NCBI GenBank assembly: GCA_001179505.1
Contig: CDMY01000821.1
Location: 191,887-255,886 of the forward strand
Source of the DNA: Vitrella brassicaformis CCMP3155
Taxonomy: Eukaryota; Protista; Chromerida
DNA: 64,000 nt
Direction of reading: 5' to 3'
Below are positions 47,569 through 60,988 of this stretch, piece by piece. Position 1 is the stretch's first letter. Each line of letters starts with the position of its first letter. The notes beneath the pieces were generated by a model that saw only the letters and a program-made list of their open reading frames with translations, was not told where the DNA came from and did no database searches. Both the position numbers and the translations under genes were made by a program.

Positions 47569-50307
47569 TTAGTCAGCGCTGGTCTCGAACAGGCTCATGA
47601 CGGCCGCGAACTGCATGAGGCCGCCCTCGACACTCATCTCCCCCGTGGCGATCGCCAGAGCGGCCGTCCGGGTGCCCTTGATCAGATCTCGCATCAAGCC
47701 AGACGGCATGCGCACCTGCACACATCCATCCATCCATCCACCCGCCATCTCTCTCTTTCTCTCTCTCTCTCTGTGTGTGTGTGTGTACCTTGATGTTAGG
47801 GCGGTGGTCGCAGTGGTTGTGGTTGAGCTCGACCACGCCCCTGCGGATGTGCAGGCAGCTCACGCCCGCACTGGGGGCGTAGTCCGTCCAGCGGAACTCT
47901 ATCGAAGAAACAAGGCTCAGCGCGCGCTCGGCCGCAAACCTGAAAGAAACGTACACGCCAGAAGGGGTGAATGTGAGGTGAGTGTCGCACGTGTGTGCGT
48001 GGAAATCGGCGTACCTGACTCGCAGTACGTCCAGCGCCTGTCTGACGTCCTTGACGCGATCGAGAACCTGATGCACACATACAGACACCGACCGACACTC
48101 ACGTGCACAGATGGACAGACAGACAGACACATGCTCTCTCCCTCTGTCCCTCCCACCCACCTGTATTTTCTGTTCATCTTTGATTTTGAGGCTGACTTTG
48201 CCCTCTGCCTCTGAAGCTGCCGTGAGGAAGTAGTTGCGCCCCGTGGCCGCCGGCTGCCGCGCCGCCATCTCACGCAACGCCCGCACACGCAGCTTCTGGG
48301 CCGGCTCGTACTGGCCGTCCAGACGAACGGCCGATGTGGCCAGCTCCAAAGCCCACTGATGGATGCATCAAATCAAGCATGACACGATGGCCACACACAA
48401 AGAGGGATGGAGAGAGATGGCTTGGTCTGTGTGTGTTGGTGTGTGTTGGTGGGCACCTGTGCGCGTCCCTCTTCCAGCGCCTTCTCTGCTGCTGCCAGGA
48501 CATTATCCCGACCGCCCGCCAGCTCCGCCAGACCCTGCCCCCCACACACACAGGCACACAGAGAGACATATTGAGATGAACGAACAAGTCATACACACAC
48601 ACGCCCACCTTGGCTCTCTCGAACGGTGCGAGTGGGTTGAGGTCGGCAGGGTCGCCTGAGAACCATCCCATGTAGTGTGTGAAGACCGCTCGAACGGCCC
48701 ACGGGACGATGCCGTAGAAGGGCTGCAGGTAGGGGAGGGGGGCGAGGTGCGGGGGCAGCTGGATGCGCTGCACGATGTCGTCCAGCAGGTAGCCCTTGTT
48801 CATCAGCCGGATCGTCTGGTCGTGGACGAACTGAATGGCGTCGCGGTAGTTGGTCAAAGTCTCTGCCAACAAACAGACAGAGCCCCACACACAGAGCCCC
48901 ACACATCCACACATCCCGCCTCCCTCTCTGTTGCTGTATATTTTCTTCTCTCACCGTGTATGACTCGCTGCCCCCGGAGAGGCCGTGTGTGTGTGGGAAC
49001 CAGGTACTGTGCCGGCAGGCTGCGCATGAGGTCCAGCGACCGCACCCAGACCATGCTGTCGCGGGTCTCGGTGCCGCGGATGGCATACAGGTTGGGGAAG
49101 GCGCAGTAGAAGTTGTCGGCCCCCACCAGCAGCCGCTGGTCCGGCAGCCATATCACGATCTGGTCCTTGGTCTCGCCGGGGGCGTGCAGCAGGTCCAGAC
49201 GCACGCCGTCGATCTCAATCGACTGAAAGAAACCACAAGAGAAAGAAAGAGAGCAGTGCATCCATCCCATCGATGTGCGCGTGACAGGCTGGCTGTGGCC
49301 GCCTCAGGTACCTGTTTGTTGCTGGCCATGGTGCGGTTGGGGTGTATGATTCCCATGGTGGCCCGCCAGTCGTACAGCAGCCGCGGCCCGATGCCCGCGT
49401 TGATGAACTCCTCCTCAGTCAAAAACACGCCAAACTGACGCATCGCCCGGCGGTATGTCACGGCGCCCGTCAGTGAGAGCGCCTTGTCGATCTCCTTGAC
49501 CGTCAACGGGTGGCTCCACACCTCTATCGACGACTGGTTGTTGTCGCCGCTGCTGCTGGTGGGGTGGTTCCCCAAATGCCGCTGGTGCGCGGCCACCAGA
49601 GAGCTCGCGCCGAAGATGTGGTCCTGATGGGCGTGTGTGTAGATGATGGCCTTGAGCGGCATCGGCAGCACCAGCTCGCCGCTCTCGGTCTCCTCCTCCC
49701 CGTTCCCAAGAAATGGGTGCTGCATGAGGTCTCGGAGCAGCGCATCCATGGCGCCGGTGCTCTCCAATGTGTCGACCACAATGAGCCCGCCGCTCTTGCC
49801 CCTGATGAGGACGCAGTTGGCGAGCCCGTACCCGATGGCCACGAACACCGACTGCGTGACCTGGACGATCTCCTTGCGGAACACCTTGGTGTGCTCATGC
49901 AGGGCCGCCGGAGCGGCGTGTGGGTCCAGTGGCGGTGCGTCGGGGTAGAGAATCTCATATGAGAGGGGGTCGCCGCCTCCCATCCACCACATCCAGTGGG
50001 GCAGCGACAGCTTACTCAGCAGCAGCAGCAGCGGGTGGCTGGCAGACAGGCCGGGCGAGAAGGCCCGCAGCAACACGCCCGTGAGCAAGATGCCGACGAA
50101 GGAGATGAGCAGGGTCCGCCGGAAGGGGGATAGGGGGGTCTTCTTGCGTGGGGTGGAGATGTCTGGTTCGCTCATCGAGTGCGGCTCGCTGTTGGCCGAC
50201 GCTGAGGGGGAATCGGACGCTGTGGTATCGGCAGAGGGAGCGGGGGAAGGGTTCCTTGGCTGCAGGGCCGAGTTGTGCGCCGGGTCGTGGTCGCTCTCTT
50301 CTCCCAT
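47569..50307 (-). CDS. Alkyl/aryl sulfatase (SdsA1/BDS1 family: metallo-beta-lactamase + dimerisation + SCP2-like domains) with N-terminal membrane anchor
   Basis: AIGYGLANC, IYTHAHQDHIFG, RRAMRQFG, NAGIGPRL, APGETKDQ..IWLP, DNFY..FPNLYAIRG..TRD, YRDAIQFVHDQT.RLMNKG, YMGWFSGDP, RNYFLT, LHIRRGV; eight exons; hydrophobic LLISFVGILLTGVLL near the N-terminus. Confidence 0.92.
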
Positions 50308-50914
50308 GGCTGCTGTCGGTCCAGCGACGATGATCAGGGGCGTTGTGCTGCCTCGGGCGTGATTTTGCTTCACTCTCAAGCAGCCAGTGGCCCCGCGCGA
50401 TCCTCCCGGCCTCCCCCTTTCTCTCTCTGTTTCTCTGTCCTTCGCGCTGAGAGGGTCAGGCAGGCGTCAGCGAGGTAGATCTGAGTGATGTATGGCCCTG
50501 GAATTCATGTGTGTGTGTGTGTGTCTGTGTGTGTGTGTGTCTGGCTGTGTGATGCGTATTTTCGTTCAGTTTTTTGGTCCATCACCAGCCAGCCAGCCAT
50601 CCATCCACACGCACACCCTTCCACGGAAATCAGTAATTGCAAAACATTTCGCAGCTGAGGGATGAAGGGCAGCTGGGGAGTTTCATCTCTCCGGTTGGGC
50701 GGCTCGCAGCAACAGAAAGGTCCATCCAGTGCAGAGAGAGCGGGCTCCCCCCACCATCATGGGTTTGTGTCCACTTAGTGCAGTGCATGGAGCTTCTCTC
50801 TTTAACCACTTCTTCTTTTTCAAGGGGAATGAATGGTTGGGTTGACACACCTAGAGCTAGTGCAGGAAGAAACCACTGGAGTCTGTCTGTGAGGTGCCTA
50901 TGTTTGTCTGTCTA

Positions 50915-50945
<31 letters not shown>

Positions 50946-51263
50946 GCGTCTAAATACATACAAAGCACCCACCCCAACCGCTCACGGACAAAGCATCTGC
51001 CTGTCTGTCCGGAATACTCTCACTTCGAGCCACTCACTTCTCGGCTCACCGACCGGTACCGCGCTTGTGGCCAGTGTCGCGACGCGAGCGAGGATGGAAA
51101 TCAAGACATCCCGTGTTCAGGCCGTCTTGATCTCCATCACCTTTCGCAATGGACAGCGGCCCAGCAGCGGGGGGATACACAAGCAGAGGAAAACAAGATA
51201 CATACACGTCTGGCAGCTCTCACACACACATGAATGCGCTCACAAGACAAGAGAGGACCAATC

Positions 51264-54200
51264 TCACGGTATGACGGTCCCCATGCACTCGATGGCCCCC
51301 CCTCCCCCGCCCACAGCCACGCGCAAGACCATCGGTGCTGCTGGGGTCGGCGGATCTCGAAACACACAGAGAGCCGCTGCAGACCACACCATGGACAGAC
51401 AGACAGACAGTTTCACATATAAGCCGTGCAACGTACTTACCGGCGTCCTGGACGGCAGTGCGTGTGTGGCTGCATTCGGTCAAGACCAGCGCCTCATGAC
51501 CGTCAGAACTGTCCGGCTGTGTCTGCGCCGCCCAGCCGATCTTCCACACACGGACGTGCTGGTCCCAACCCACCGTCACGTAATGCCAGTGGCGCTTGTT
51601 GCAGCTGTCATCGCCACAGTGGGACGGAGCCAGCACACCACCTGCACACGCACATACAGGCTGCAGACGTGCACCAATCCAATCCGGGTGTGTGGTGTGG
51701 GCGCGGTGCGTTTGCTGACATCGAAGTGAGGAGTGGTGTGCGTTTGGCAGTGTCCATGTGGGGATGGCCTGGCTGTCAGTATGGTCGCACAGCTGCAGCG
51801 AGTGGGGCTGTTGTGTGTGGCGGGAGAGGCGGACACGCGCAGAGGTAATGGACTGGTCGTCACTGCCCGTGCAGACCAGGAGATCCACACATGTCGCCTA
51901 CACACATGACACAGACAGACACGAAGGCACACAGTACATGGGTCTCTCTCTGTCTCTCTCTCTGTCTGGCTCCCTGACCAACCGTCGATTCGATGACGGC
52001 TGCATCCACGGCGTTGGTTCCCACTTGATGCGCCCGGTAGGAGGCGACAAGCCTCAGCCCGCCCTCGCCCACCTTGACCCGCCCACCTCTCCCCCTCCCA
52101 CTCCCCTCCACACACCTGCCGCCTCTCTTGTAGCCCCTCTCATGAGCCCTCTCCCACACACACGGCACATCAGTCCACGCAGACGTTGCAGATGCAGACG
52201 CAGCCTGACTCCCACCACCACCATCGCCACATGCACTAGAGGTGGCGTCATAGAGCGAGACATTGCCGTCCTTGGTCCCTACTATCAACAGTACCACATG
52301 CACGCCCCTTTTATCTACATCAGCCAGAGGGATCGGCACAGACAGACACTTGATGGCCAGCACGGTGGAGGGCAGGGAGGTGATGGACTGCAGCAGGGCG
52401 TGAGTGGGGGATGGTGGGAGGGCCATGCGGGTCGTGTACAGGAGAGCTCCAGAGGTGCCCGCGAAGATTGTCAGGTGGCGGGAAGAGGGCGACAGGTGTG
52501 ACGCAACGGCCTGCATTCACCAAAGACACACACATGGGATGGAGATCTCTCCCTGTGCTGTCGTGCGTCTGTCTGGCTGACCATGAATCGCTGGTCGGGT
52601 ATCTGCGGCTCCGTCGCAATGTCGCCAACGGCCAGCTTGCGCACATGGGAGAGCCGGCCCGCCTGAGCCACGAACACGTTCATAACCATCCTCGCACCTG
52701 AACAAACAAACGGGCGGATACGCACTCATCCTGTCTTGCCTGAGCACAGACCGGCAGAAATGACCAGATGGGCGTCGTCTTGCCACTTGGCGACATCGAG
52801 GCACCGCACGGCAGCAGGGTGCATTACACAGGTCTGCACGGACGTCATGACGGTGCCGCTGCTGACGCCACCGCCGTCATCATTATCATCACCACTCCCA
52901 CTGACGCGGACGAGTCGCACCGCATTGTCCTCACCCGCCGTCACAAGCATGTCTACACACAGAGAGAGAAAGGAAAAATGGGCCGGCCACACACGTGTGT
53001 GTGGACGGACAGCTTTTCCTCTCACCCACCTTTATCGATCCATTTGAGAGCCAGCACCTCTCGCCCGTGGAAGCCAGGCACCAGCGACCTTCCCTCGCGC
53101 TCACTCTCATTCTCATCTTGTGACGATGATGGGTCCGCTTGCCGCGCCGCAGCAACGGAGTGCACCGAGAGTGTGTCGTGTCTGCTGAAGGCGAACGACA
53201 TGCGGCCTCCCCTGTGCAGGAACGAAAAGGCCCGGCGAGAGCCGCCGCAGCAGACGCGCCAAACCTCCTGTTTGCAAACACGAGGACAGGGGTGTTGGTG
53301 CTTCCTGACTGTGTGCGCTCAGACCATTGATGTGCTGAGGTCCCACAGGACGAAGTCTTGGTCGCGGAAGGCGACGATGAGAGACTTGTTGTCAGGTGAG
53401 GTGGTCGTTGTTGATGGCGTCGTGTGTATGAGCTGGTGCAGCTGATTCAGCTGAGACACACGGTAGGAAGAGATTCGCTGCAGAGGAGGCGATGCATCTG
53501 ATCGAAACACATCCATCGTGACACACACACATTCAGGTATATCTTCGTTCTTCTGGCCGGCCCTCTCCCCGTACCGTGGTGCCACTTGTATTCACAGATG
53601 CACCCGTCCGCCCCGCAAGACATCACCCGCTCCCCCTCCCGCGTCAGCCCCAACACCTTCCCCCCACCATGCACACGCTCCTCGCTGACAACCACCCTCC
53701 CCCTCAACATCCCCTCTCCCTCTCCCTCGCCCACAGACACCCACACCACATGCACACCTCCGTGCTCATCGCCCAGCATCACGTGTGAAGCGTCAACTAC
53801 CAAGGCGCTCATGAGACGGCAGCTTCTGGTCTTTGATGTGGCTGGGGAGGGGGAGAGGTTGATGGCCGCTGCCCCAGGGGGGCATGGCGACATAGGCGGG
53901 CTGACGGCAAGGGTGGTGGATGGCGGCGCCTGGTCGTGTGTGAGGGCGGGGGTGTGGGGGAGCAGGCGTATGTCGCCTGTGAAGTCTGCCGCTAGGATGA
54001 GGGGAGGGTAAAGGTGGTCGGCGAGAGTGAGAACAAAGACACGGTCGACCCTCTTGTTGGTGTAGATGCTGCGCTGGTAGGCATGGAGCCGGTCATAGGC
54101 CGTCCACGAGCCTTGGCCGCCGGGCAACCAAGCCACCACGACGCTCCCGTCTGCACAGCTGCACGCCAGCACACTACACACGGACAGGCCAGGCAGAGGG

Positions 54201-54829
54201 AGGTATATCGGTGGGTGCATCCTGGCTTGGCTGACCATAGTTGCTGACCTGCCACTGACATCCATGCCGGTGAATTGTGTGGGGATGGTGGTGGTCTCCA
54301 GCAGCAGGCGAGCCGACACAGGCCCACCGGCATCATTGGTCCATTGCAGGATGAACACCCGCCCGCTTTGTGTGGCCAGGAGGGCTGACTGGTGGTCGGT
54401 CATGTGCACTGACTTGATGACGTCTCTTTGACCGCTGCTGCTCCTCGTGTACCCCTAATCTCACACACACATATATCAATCAGACCAGTGGGCGTATGTG
54501 TCTGTGTGCGGTGCATCGGTACGTCGGGAGGTATCTGCCACGAGGCCACGGCGTCGCTTTGGGGATTGTCGGCTTTGGCACCGTCCTCTAAGCGTGGCGG
54601 CATGTGTTGGTCGACGTGCCAGAGCTTGACGTCGCAGTCCTCACCACCAGACACCACTGCACAGACAGACATACCACAATGCAATACACCACAGCACACG
54701 GAGAGGAATGATAACAGAAGTGAGAAGGAAAGTTTGCTTCTGATCTGAGTGAGTGTACCGATTGGTCTAGTTGTGTGCCCCTGGACGCTCCGCACACCAC
54801 GGCCGCAGTGACCTGACGACATTTACACA

Positions 54830-54862
<33 letters not shown>

Positions 54863-56583
54863 CGGGGGACACGTGTGTGTGCAGATGACATGTAGAGGAC
54901 AGAGAGAGAGAGAGAGCGGGGGACACGTGTGTGTGCAGATGACATGTAGAGGACAGCATTCATTCAGTCACTCACTCACCGAGGAAGGAGGCCACTTGTG
55001 TGCCATCGGACCGCCACAGACGGACAGTCGAGTCCTCACTGACACGAACGAACACGCACAGCACCACACCCAGCCAATGAGCAAACCTGCCTGCCTGCCT
55101 GCCTGGGGCGGTCCGTACCCTGCAGTGGCGACCAGGAAAGGTGCCGGGAGGAAATGAGCGTCCGCCGCATCAGCAGCAGCCGACGGCACCACTGATACAT
55201 CCCACACCCTAACAGACAGACAGACAGACGCCCATCCAGCCCCGCCCATCACGTGCAAGTGAAGTGCTCATGTGTGTGGTGTGTATGGTATGCAATGGAC
55301 CTGACCTGCTGGTGTGTCCCTCGAGCACCCCGATGCACTCATAAGGTGACTGACGGTCATGCACGTCAACGCGCCGCCACACACGGGCTGTCCTACACAC
55401 GCAGATAGACCGGCCACACACACAAACAGACAGACAGATGGATGGATGGATCCATCACACGTGCGGGTTTGTGTGTTTCCGTGGTTGCCTGCCCTGCCTG
55501 TCATCGCTGGTCGAGCAGAGGACGGCCCCATCAAAGAAGAAACGAAGACGGAACAACACACCTGTTTGGGGGTGAACACCATGATATGCATTCCTGCCCT
55601 CGCCCTCCCGCTTCTGCCTGCCTTACCTCTGTGCCCACAGAGCTCCTGCGTCACCTCCACACGCTCACTCGCCACGCCCGGCCGGTCCTCACCATCAAGA
55701 TCAAACCACCACAGCAATATCTACGCAGACATGGAAACACACGCTATGCTGCACGCCACGCACCCTTCACACACACACACACACGACAAGCCAAGCCAGG
55801 CCCACCTTGCTGAATGCAGTTCCCGCAGCAACCAACACCCTTCCGTCATCACCACAGCCGACGACAAGCAGGCCCATAGAGTACAGCAGGCTGTCGTCGC
55901 GGCACTCCACAGACATCAGGCTGACCATGGTACCCTCCCTCACACACACCTGCTCGACCGTGTTGTGGGCGCACCCCACCAGGAGGGTGAGGGGTGACGC
56001 CTGTGGCTGTCGCGGTGATCGTGCGGTGAGCATCTGTGTCGTGAGGATCCACTCGCGAGTGTGGTAAGGGCGATGGCAGGGCGACGGAGGAGTCGACACT
56101 GCAGTGCATGCCACACATGACATGGCAGTGCGGTGCGCAAGAGGGTTTCGATTGCATTGCGGTGGTTGGTTTGTCGTTGGTGTTGCTTAGCTTACATGAG
56201 TAGAGCTGCAGCCTCCTACCGCCCCAGGCCAGCAGATAGGAATCACTCTCACCACCTCACAGACAGACAGACAGACAGACACAAACACACCTGTCCGTCC
56301 GTCCGTCCATTCATTCATCTCTCCCCTCCCTCTCTCCCTCCCTTACGTAGGCACCTGTGTGATGGTCCAGGCCGTGGACATGCGTGTGATCTGAGAAGGC
56401 CAGCGGGCCATGCAGCTCCCGACCGGTGGCTGCACTGAAGCACCGGATGCATCCGCCGCTGGCAAAGGCCACGTTCATCTCGGCGTGTGCATGTCCGTAG
56501 AAGGTCACAGCCTTGACAGAGCCCACGAAGCACCGCCATTCAAGGGTGAGGTTGGACTCATCGGACTTGAAGCTCTCAAACAT
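51264..56583 (-). CDS. WDR6: WD40-repeat protein WDR6/Trm734-like
   Basis: Multi-exon. GVLFRLRF...CSTSDDR.ARVW, SGGEDCDVKLW, MSCGADGCICEY, VTAGEDNAVRL, HQVGTNAVD, TGSDDQSI, AHHSS, VGWDQHVRVW, C-terminal VAVGGGGGAIE: the order typical of WDR6. Confidence 0.75.
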
Positions 56584-56740
56584 GAGTGGCTTTCAGTGGG
56601 TCCTGAAAGCCATTTGGGCCATTACAGCATAGAGGAGACTCGTGTTGCTCAACGGGAGATCTGCATTTCTGAGCTTGCAGTTGCACTGCGAGCCCGCCGG
56701 GGAGGGAGAAGTGCTTGAAGGAAAAAAAAGGATGGTCATC

Positions 56741-58178
56741 ATGGGCAACGGCTCTTCCTCGAGTAGTAGTAGCAACAGCAACGGCAACAGCAATACCAAC
56801 ACAACCTCTTCCCCAGCCCCCGACACCTCCAGTGAGCCACCCATGCTGCTCTCTCTGCCCGAAGACGTGCTCTACAGCATACTCATCACCTGCCTCACGC
56901 CAACCGAGCTCACTGACGCCCTCCTGGCGGTGAGCCCGTCGCTCTCGCGGACAATTTCTCATTGGGTCCTGGGGGATCTCCCGCGGGTGTGCAAGTGGCG
57001 CGAGCGGTTCGATGAGAAGGTCCAGACGCTCACACAGTTCCAGGGAGAGGTAGGGGAGGAGAGTAGTGGGGAGGGCATCTGGTTTGTCGAGGGGAGCTTC
57101 GGGGAGATGAGATGGTTGGCTCGTGTGTGTGGTTTGTGTGGGCTGGGCTGGTCAGGTGCGTGTGCTGCGGGACAGTTTGCGGGATGCGATTAACGTGATG
57201 GAGACCACCAAGCAGCAGCTGCGGGGCAGCCAAAGCACCATGAACCAGGTAAGACTCAGAAACGAGCAGCAGACAACGCGAAACGGTTTGTTGTGTGTGC
57301 GTCAGACACGTGAGGTCATGGCTCGTCGGCGGGGCCTGCTGTCGGAGCGACAGAGCCTCTCCGAGCAGGCTCTAGAAGGTCGGTCTGACCACCAACAGAC
57401 CTCTCATATCATAGCCCTTCACCCCGCACTCACCACAGTGTGTGGATGCCTGTCTGTGCAGATTTCAAGGAGAGCAAGCCTTACAGCTGCCCCACTTCCT
57501 CCGCGGCCCGCCCTTCAGCCGCCCACAACCCATCATCGTCAGCATCTTCGTCTTCAGCATCTTCGTCGGGCAACGATGCGTCGGCGGCAGATGAGGAGAG
57601 TTGTCTGCTAGAGAGTGCCCTGGGCCCGACGAGCACTCAGCGGTGCTGCATCGCCATGCTCTCCATAGAGGACTTCAGATCAACCGCTGTGGAGCTCAGA
57701 GACGTCGCGACGCAGGTCGGTGGGCTGGTGTCTGGTCCGATATGTGGTGGAAAGACTTCACTGCACATCTCTGTGTTTGTGGGTGGGTGGGTGTGTGCCT
57801 TCAGGTGCACCAGTACGGTGCGGAGGTGCAGCGTCTGGCGACCGACATGGAGGCGGCCGTGTCTGCCGTGCAGTCTCTCTGCGAGCAGCTGGACCCCAAG
57901 TCAGCTGACCTCATGACACAGTGCAAAGACATCCGCGAAGAGGCCGAAAAACTCCATGCGGTATGCAATGCGACCACACAGACCGACCCGACACACAAAC
58001 ATTATCAATGTAGTGAATGGATGTGTCTCTGTGTGTGTGTATGTGTGTGTTTGTTTGTCAGGAGGAGAAGTTGGCCAGTGTGGCTCTTAAGAGTCCCGTG
58101 GTGGACCCCGTGCGTCTGCTGCAGGCCCGGGTACTGGTGGCATCCAGGGGCGCCAAGAAACAGAAACAGACAGCATAG
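56741..58178 (+). CDS. F-box-like protein with coiled-coil C-terminus
   Basis: LLSLPEDVLYSILITCLTPTELTDALLAVSP followed by heptad-rich exons; N-terminal MGNGSS (possible myristoylation); divergent from WDR6 across ~157 bp. Confidence 0.55.
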
Positions 58179-58304
58179 CCACCCTGCCTGCCAAGCGCTC
58201 ACCCACTCACAGGCAGACAGGCAGGGAGGGAGGGAGAGAGGGAGTGCAGTGCAATGCATTCAATGGGGGAGAGAGATGTGAGGAGAGGGAAAGTCGCCTT
58301 TCAG

Positions 58305-59630
58305 CTACCCCTGTTTTGCTGGATGGTGTGTTTGCGGCGGCATGGGTGCAGTATAACGTTCAGGAGGTGAGGCGAACGCTTTGCTGGGGGAGAGAGAAAA
58401 GGGAAATTCGTGTGGCGTGGCTGCGCAATGGAGTGCTGATGCTTTTGCGTCAATCTTGTTGTGCTCCTCGAGGGGCAGGTTGCGTGCAACACACTTGTTG
58501 CACGCAAGAAGCTGCTGCTCGAGGGGTTTTAACAGGATTAACGCTTGCCGCATTCACTTTGCGCGTGGAACTTGCGAGTACATCGTCAAATGGGGATTGC
58601 GGTGGACGCTGCCTTTGTCCTGACTCACGCACACAGTTTCTCATCCGCACCTTCTGACCTTATGGGACTCTCGTCTGCACAGCGAACATTCTCGTCTGCA
58701 CAGCGAATATACTTTCTCAGGCAGTCTCTGCCTCTCACTCACAGCGAAAGGCAGATGCTCCCTCAAGCACGACAATGTCAAAAGCAACGGACTGAAGCGG
58801 CACAGCGCAGTTTGGTCACTGTCGGTCTCAGATGTTGCAAAGAACGAACGCAGTGCACGTTTGTGTCGCCACCCTATGACAACACAGTAAACGAAAGCAC
58901 ATCGAAGCGAACACGAGCACAGCGCCTCTAGCTAGTCAACTCGCTTACCTTTCTGTGCCTTCCGCGGCAGTCGCGATGGTGATCGTCACGTCAACTGGGT
59001 CTGGAGTGCCTGGAACTTCGTTGATGCAAGGCTCTGGAGCGGGGGGGGATCCAGGACTGGCCTGAAGGACAGGGAAGCCGTCGTCATCGGGGTTAGTCTG
59101 TCCTGAGGACAGTTCGGCCGTCGCCAGATCACTTGGGTCCGACTCGATAACCTGCAGGCAGCAGCGAATGAAATGGAAAGAGCTCGGCTCCAGAAGTCTA
59201 CACTCTGCGCTGGCGGCTTACCACTGCGTCTATCCCCCCAACCAGGATGAAGGTATTCTCACCAGGCGACGTTTCTTGGTTGGCCGTTCCAACCTTGTCG
59301 TAGGTCAGCTCAGTCCCCCTACAACAGCAAACACTCAGCCGACACTGTTTCCGTGACGCGACATCAAGTCACCTGATCTTGACCTCGAAGAGGGGTCCCT
59401 CCGCTACTTGGTTGTCGACATTCCCCGGCGGATTGAAGAGGGCGGCGTCCTCTCTCGTATCCCTCCCGATGAGGGCGTTTTCCGGTGTGTAGTCGGGATT
59501 GCAGTGGATTGTGGGAGGATGCCCCAATACACGTGCCGTGAGGAGGCAAAGCAGAATGTTCACAAGAGTGTGCATCTTGGAATTTTTCTTTCGCCGACGT
59601 TAGCCTTCCCATTGCATTTCTGCCCATTGT
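58305..59630 (-). CDS. Hypothetical protein
   Basis: GT-AG bounded coding-like exons (NPDYTPENALIGRDTREDAALFNPPGN; GTELTYDKVG; VIESDPSDL...); no family recognised. Confidence 0.3.
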
Positions 59631-59933
59631 TTCTGACGTAGGGCCTGGGGCAAGACACGAAACTGTTCGTGTCAAGCTGAAAAAAACTCGCCTCTTGGGA
59701 CAGATCAGTGTTTGGACTGAAAGGTGACCCCGGGGCGGACCCTTCCGACGGTAAGTTGACCTCAAATATGACTCCTCAACTCGGGGAATCGTCTTGTTTT
59801 CTGCAGAAAACATACAGCCTCTGCGAGGCCACTCTGACCTTTTGCTCGTTGATTTTGGACCCCCGTTACTTTCAACACTGCTTGGGACTCCGCCTCAATA
59901 TATCTGATCCTTGGTTGCTGCACTCACTCACAG

Positions 59934-60988
59934 ATGAGAGGAAGAGGTCCCCACCACCCCATCGACTACGAGAAGGTTCGCACAGGATCTCATCTCTCAT
60001 GCCGACTGCCAGATGGCATGATGATGGACACGCAGATCTGATGATGTTGGCCTCTGTGTGTGTGTGTGTGTGTGCAGGAGATATGGGATGAGTGGATGTG
60101 TCCGCCCGGCGGCGATGACGTCTGGCAGAGGGGCATCAAAGCATTCAAGAAGCACTGCCATCAGTGTCACAGCATCTACCCTGTGAGTGAGCGCATTCGA
60201 ACACCCGAAATATGTGTCGGCCGCTCTGTGTGTACGTCCGCTTGTGTGTGTGTGCATGTATGTGTGTGTGTGTGTGTGTGTAGGACGGCCACGTGTCAAG
60301 TGCGGGTCGGAGCGACTGGGGTCCCACACTCTGGAACATCTGCGGCAGGCAAGCAGGCATCCTCAAGGGCAAAGGTACGGTCACCACACAGACAGACAGA
60401 CAGACAGCCGACAGGCAGTGATTTGTGTCTGTCTGTGCGTCTGTCTGTGTGTCTGCCCTCTCCTTGTGTGTGCGCAGTTGGCGAGGGCCAGATCCGCTGC
60501 AGCGAGTCAGTCAGCACCACCTGTCCTGTGTGTGTGTGCATGTGGCTCAGCCAGATCAGATCCACTCATATTTTTCTCTCTCGCTTTGTTTGTGCGGGTG
60601 TGGTGTGCGCGTGTGTCCCTGCAGTTACCTGCAGGACCTGGGCAAGAATGGCCTGGTGTGGAATGACGCCAACCTGATGCGCTACATGCGCGACCCCAGG
60701 CCCTTCACCGACGTCGGCGACTCACAAATCATGATGCGCTTCCAGGGCATTCCAGACATGGGGACACGCATCGGTAAGTGTCAGTATGATGCACACACAC
60801 ACACACACACACACCAGCTCTGATTCTCTCCTGTGTGTGGTGGTGGTGGTGTGGTGCGTGCAGACATCCTGACGTATTTGCACTCGTTGCGCCCCTTCGA
60901 CCCCTACGGCGAGGGCGTGATGCACAATCTGAAGGACAGGAAGAGCTGGAAGGGCGTCACGCTACTGGGACACCTTCCCATGGCGTAG
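59934..60988 (+). CDS. Divergent mitochondrial cytochrome c (apicomplexan cytochrome c-2 type)
   Basis: Spliced: RGIKAFKKHCHQCHSIYPDGHVSSAGRSDWGPTLWNICGRQAG...GLVWNDANLMRYMRDP...MMRFQGI...RIDILTYLHSL..FDPYG. CxxCH heme motif; WGP.L, WND.NLMRYM and DPYG recall the Plasmodium cyt c-2. The start is uncertain. Confidence 0.82.

Noticed and set aside
54846-54953. ~52-bp tandem duplication in a WDR6 intron
   Set aside because: Simple slippage duplication that does not alter the exon boundaries.
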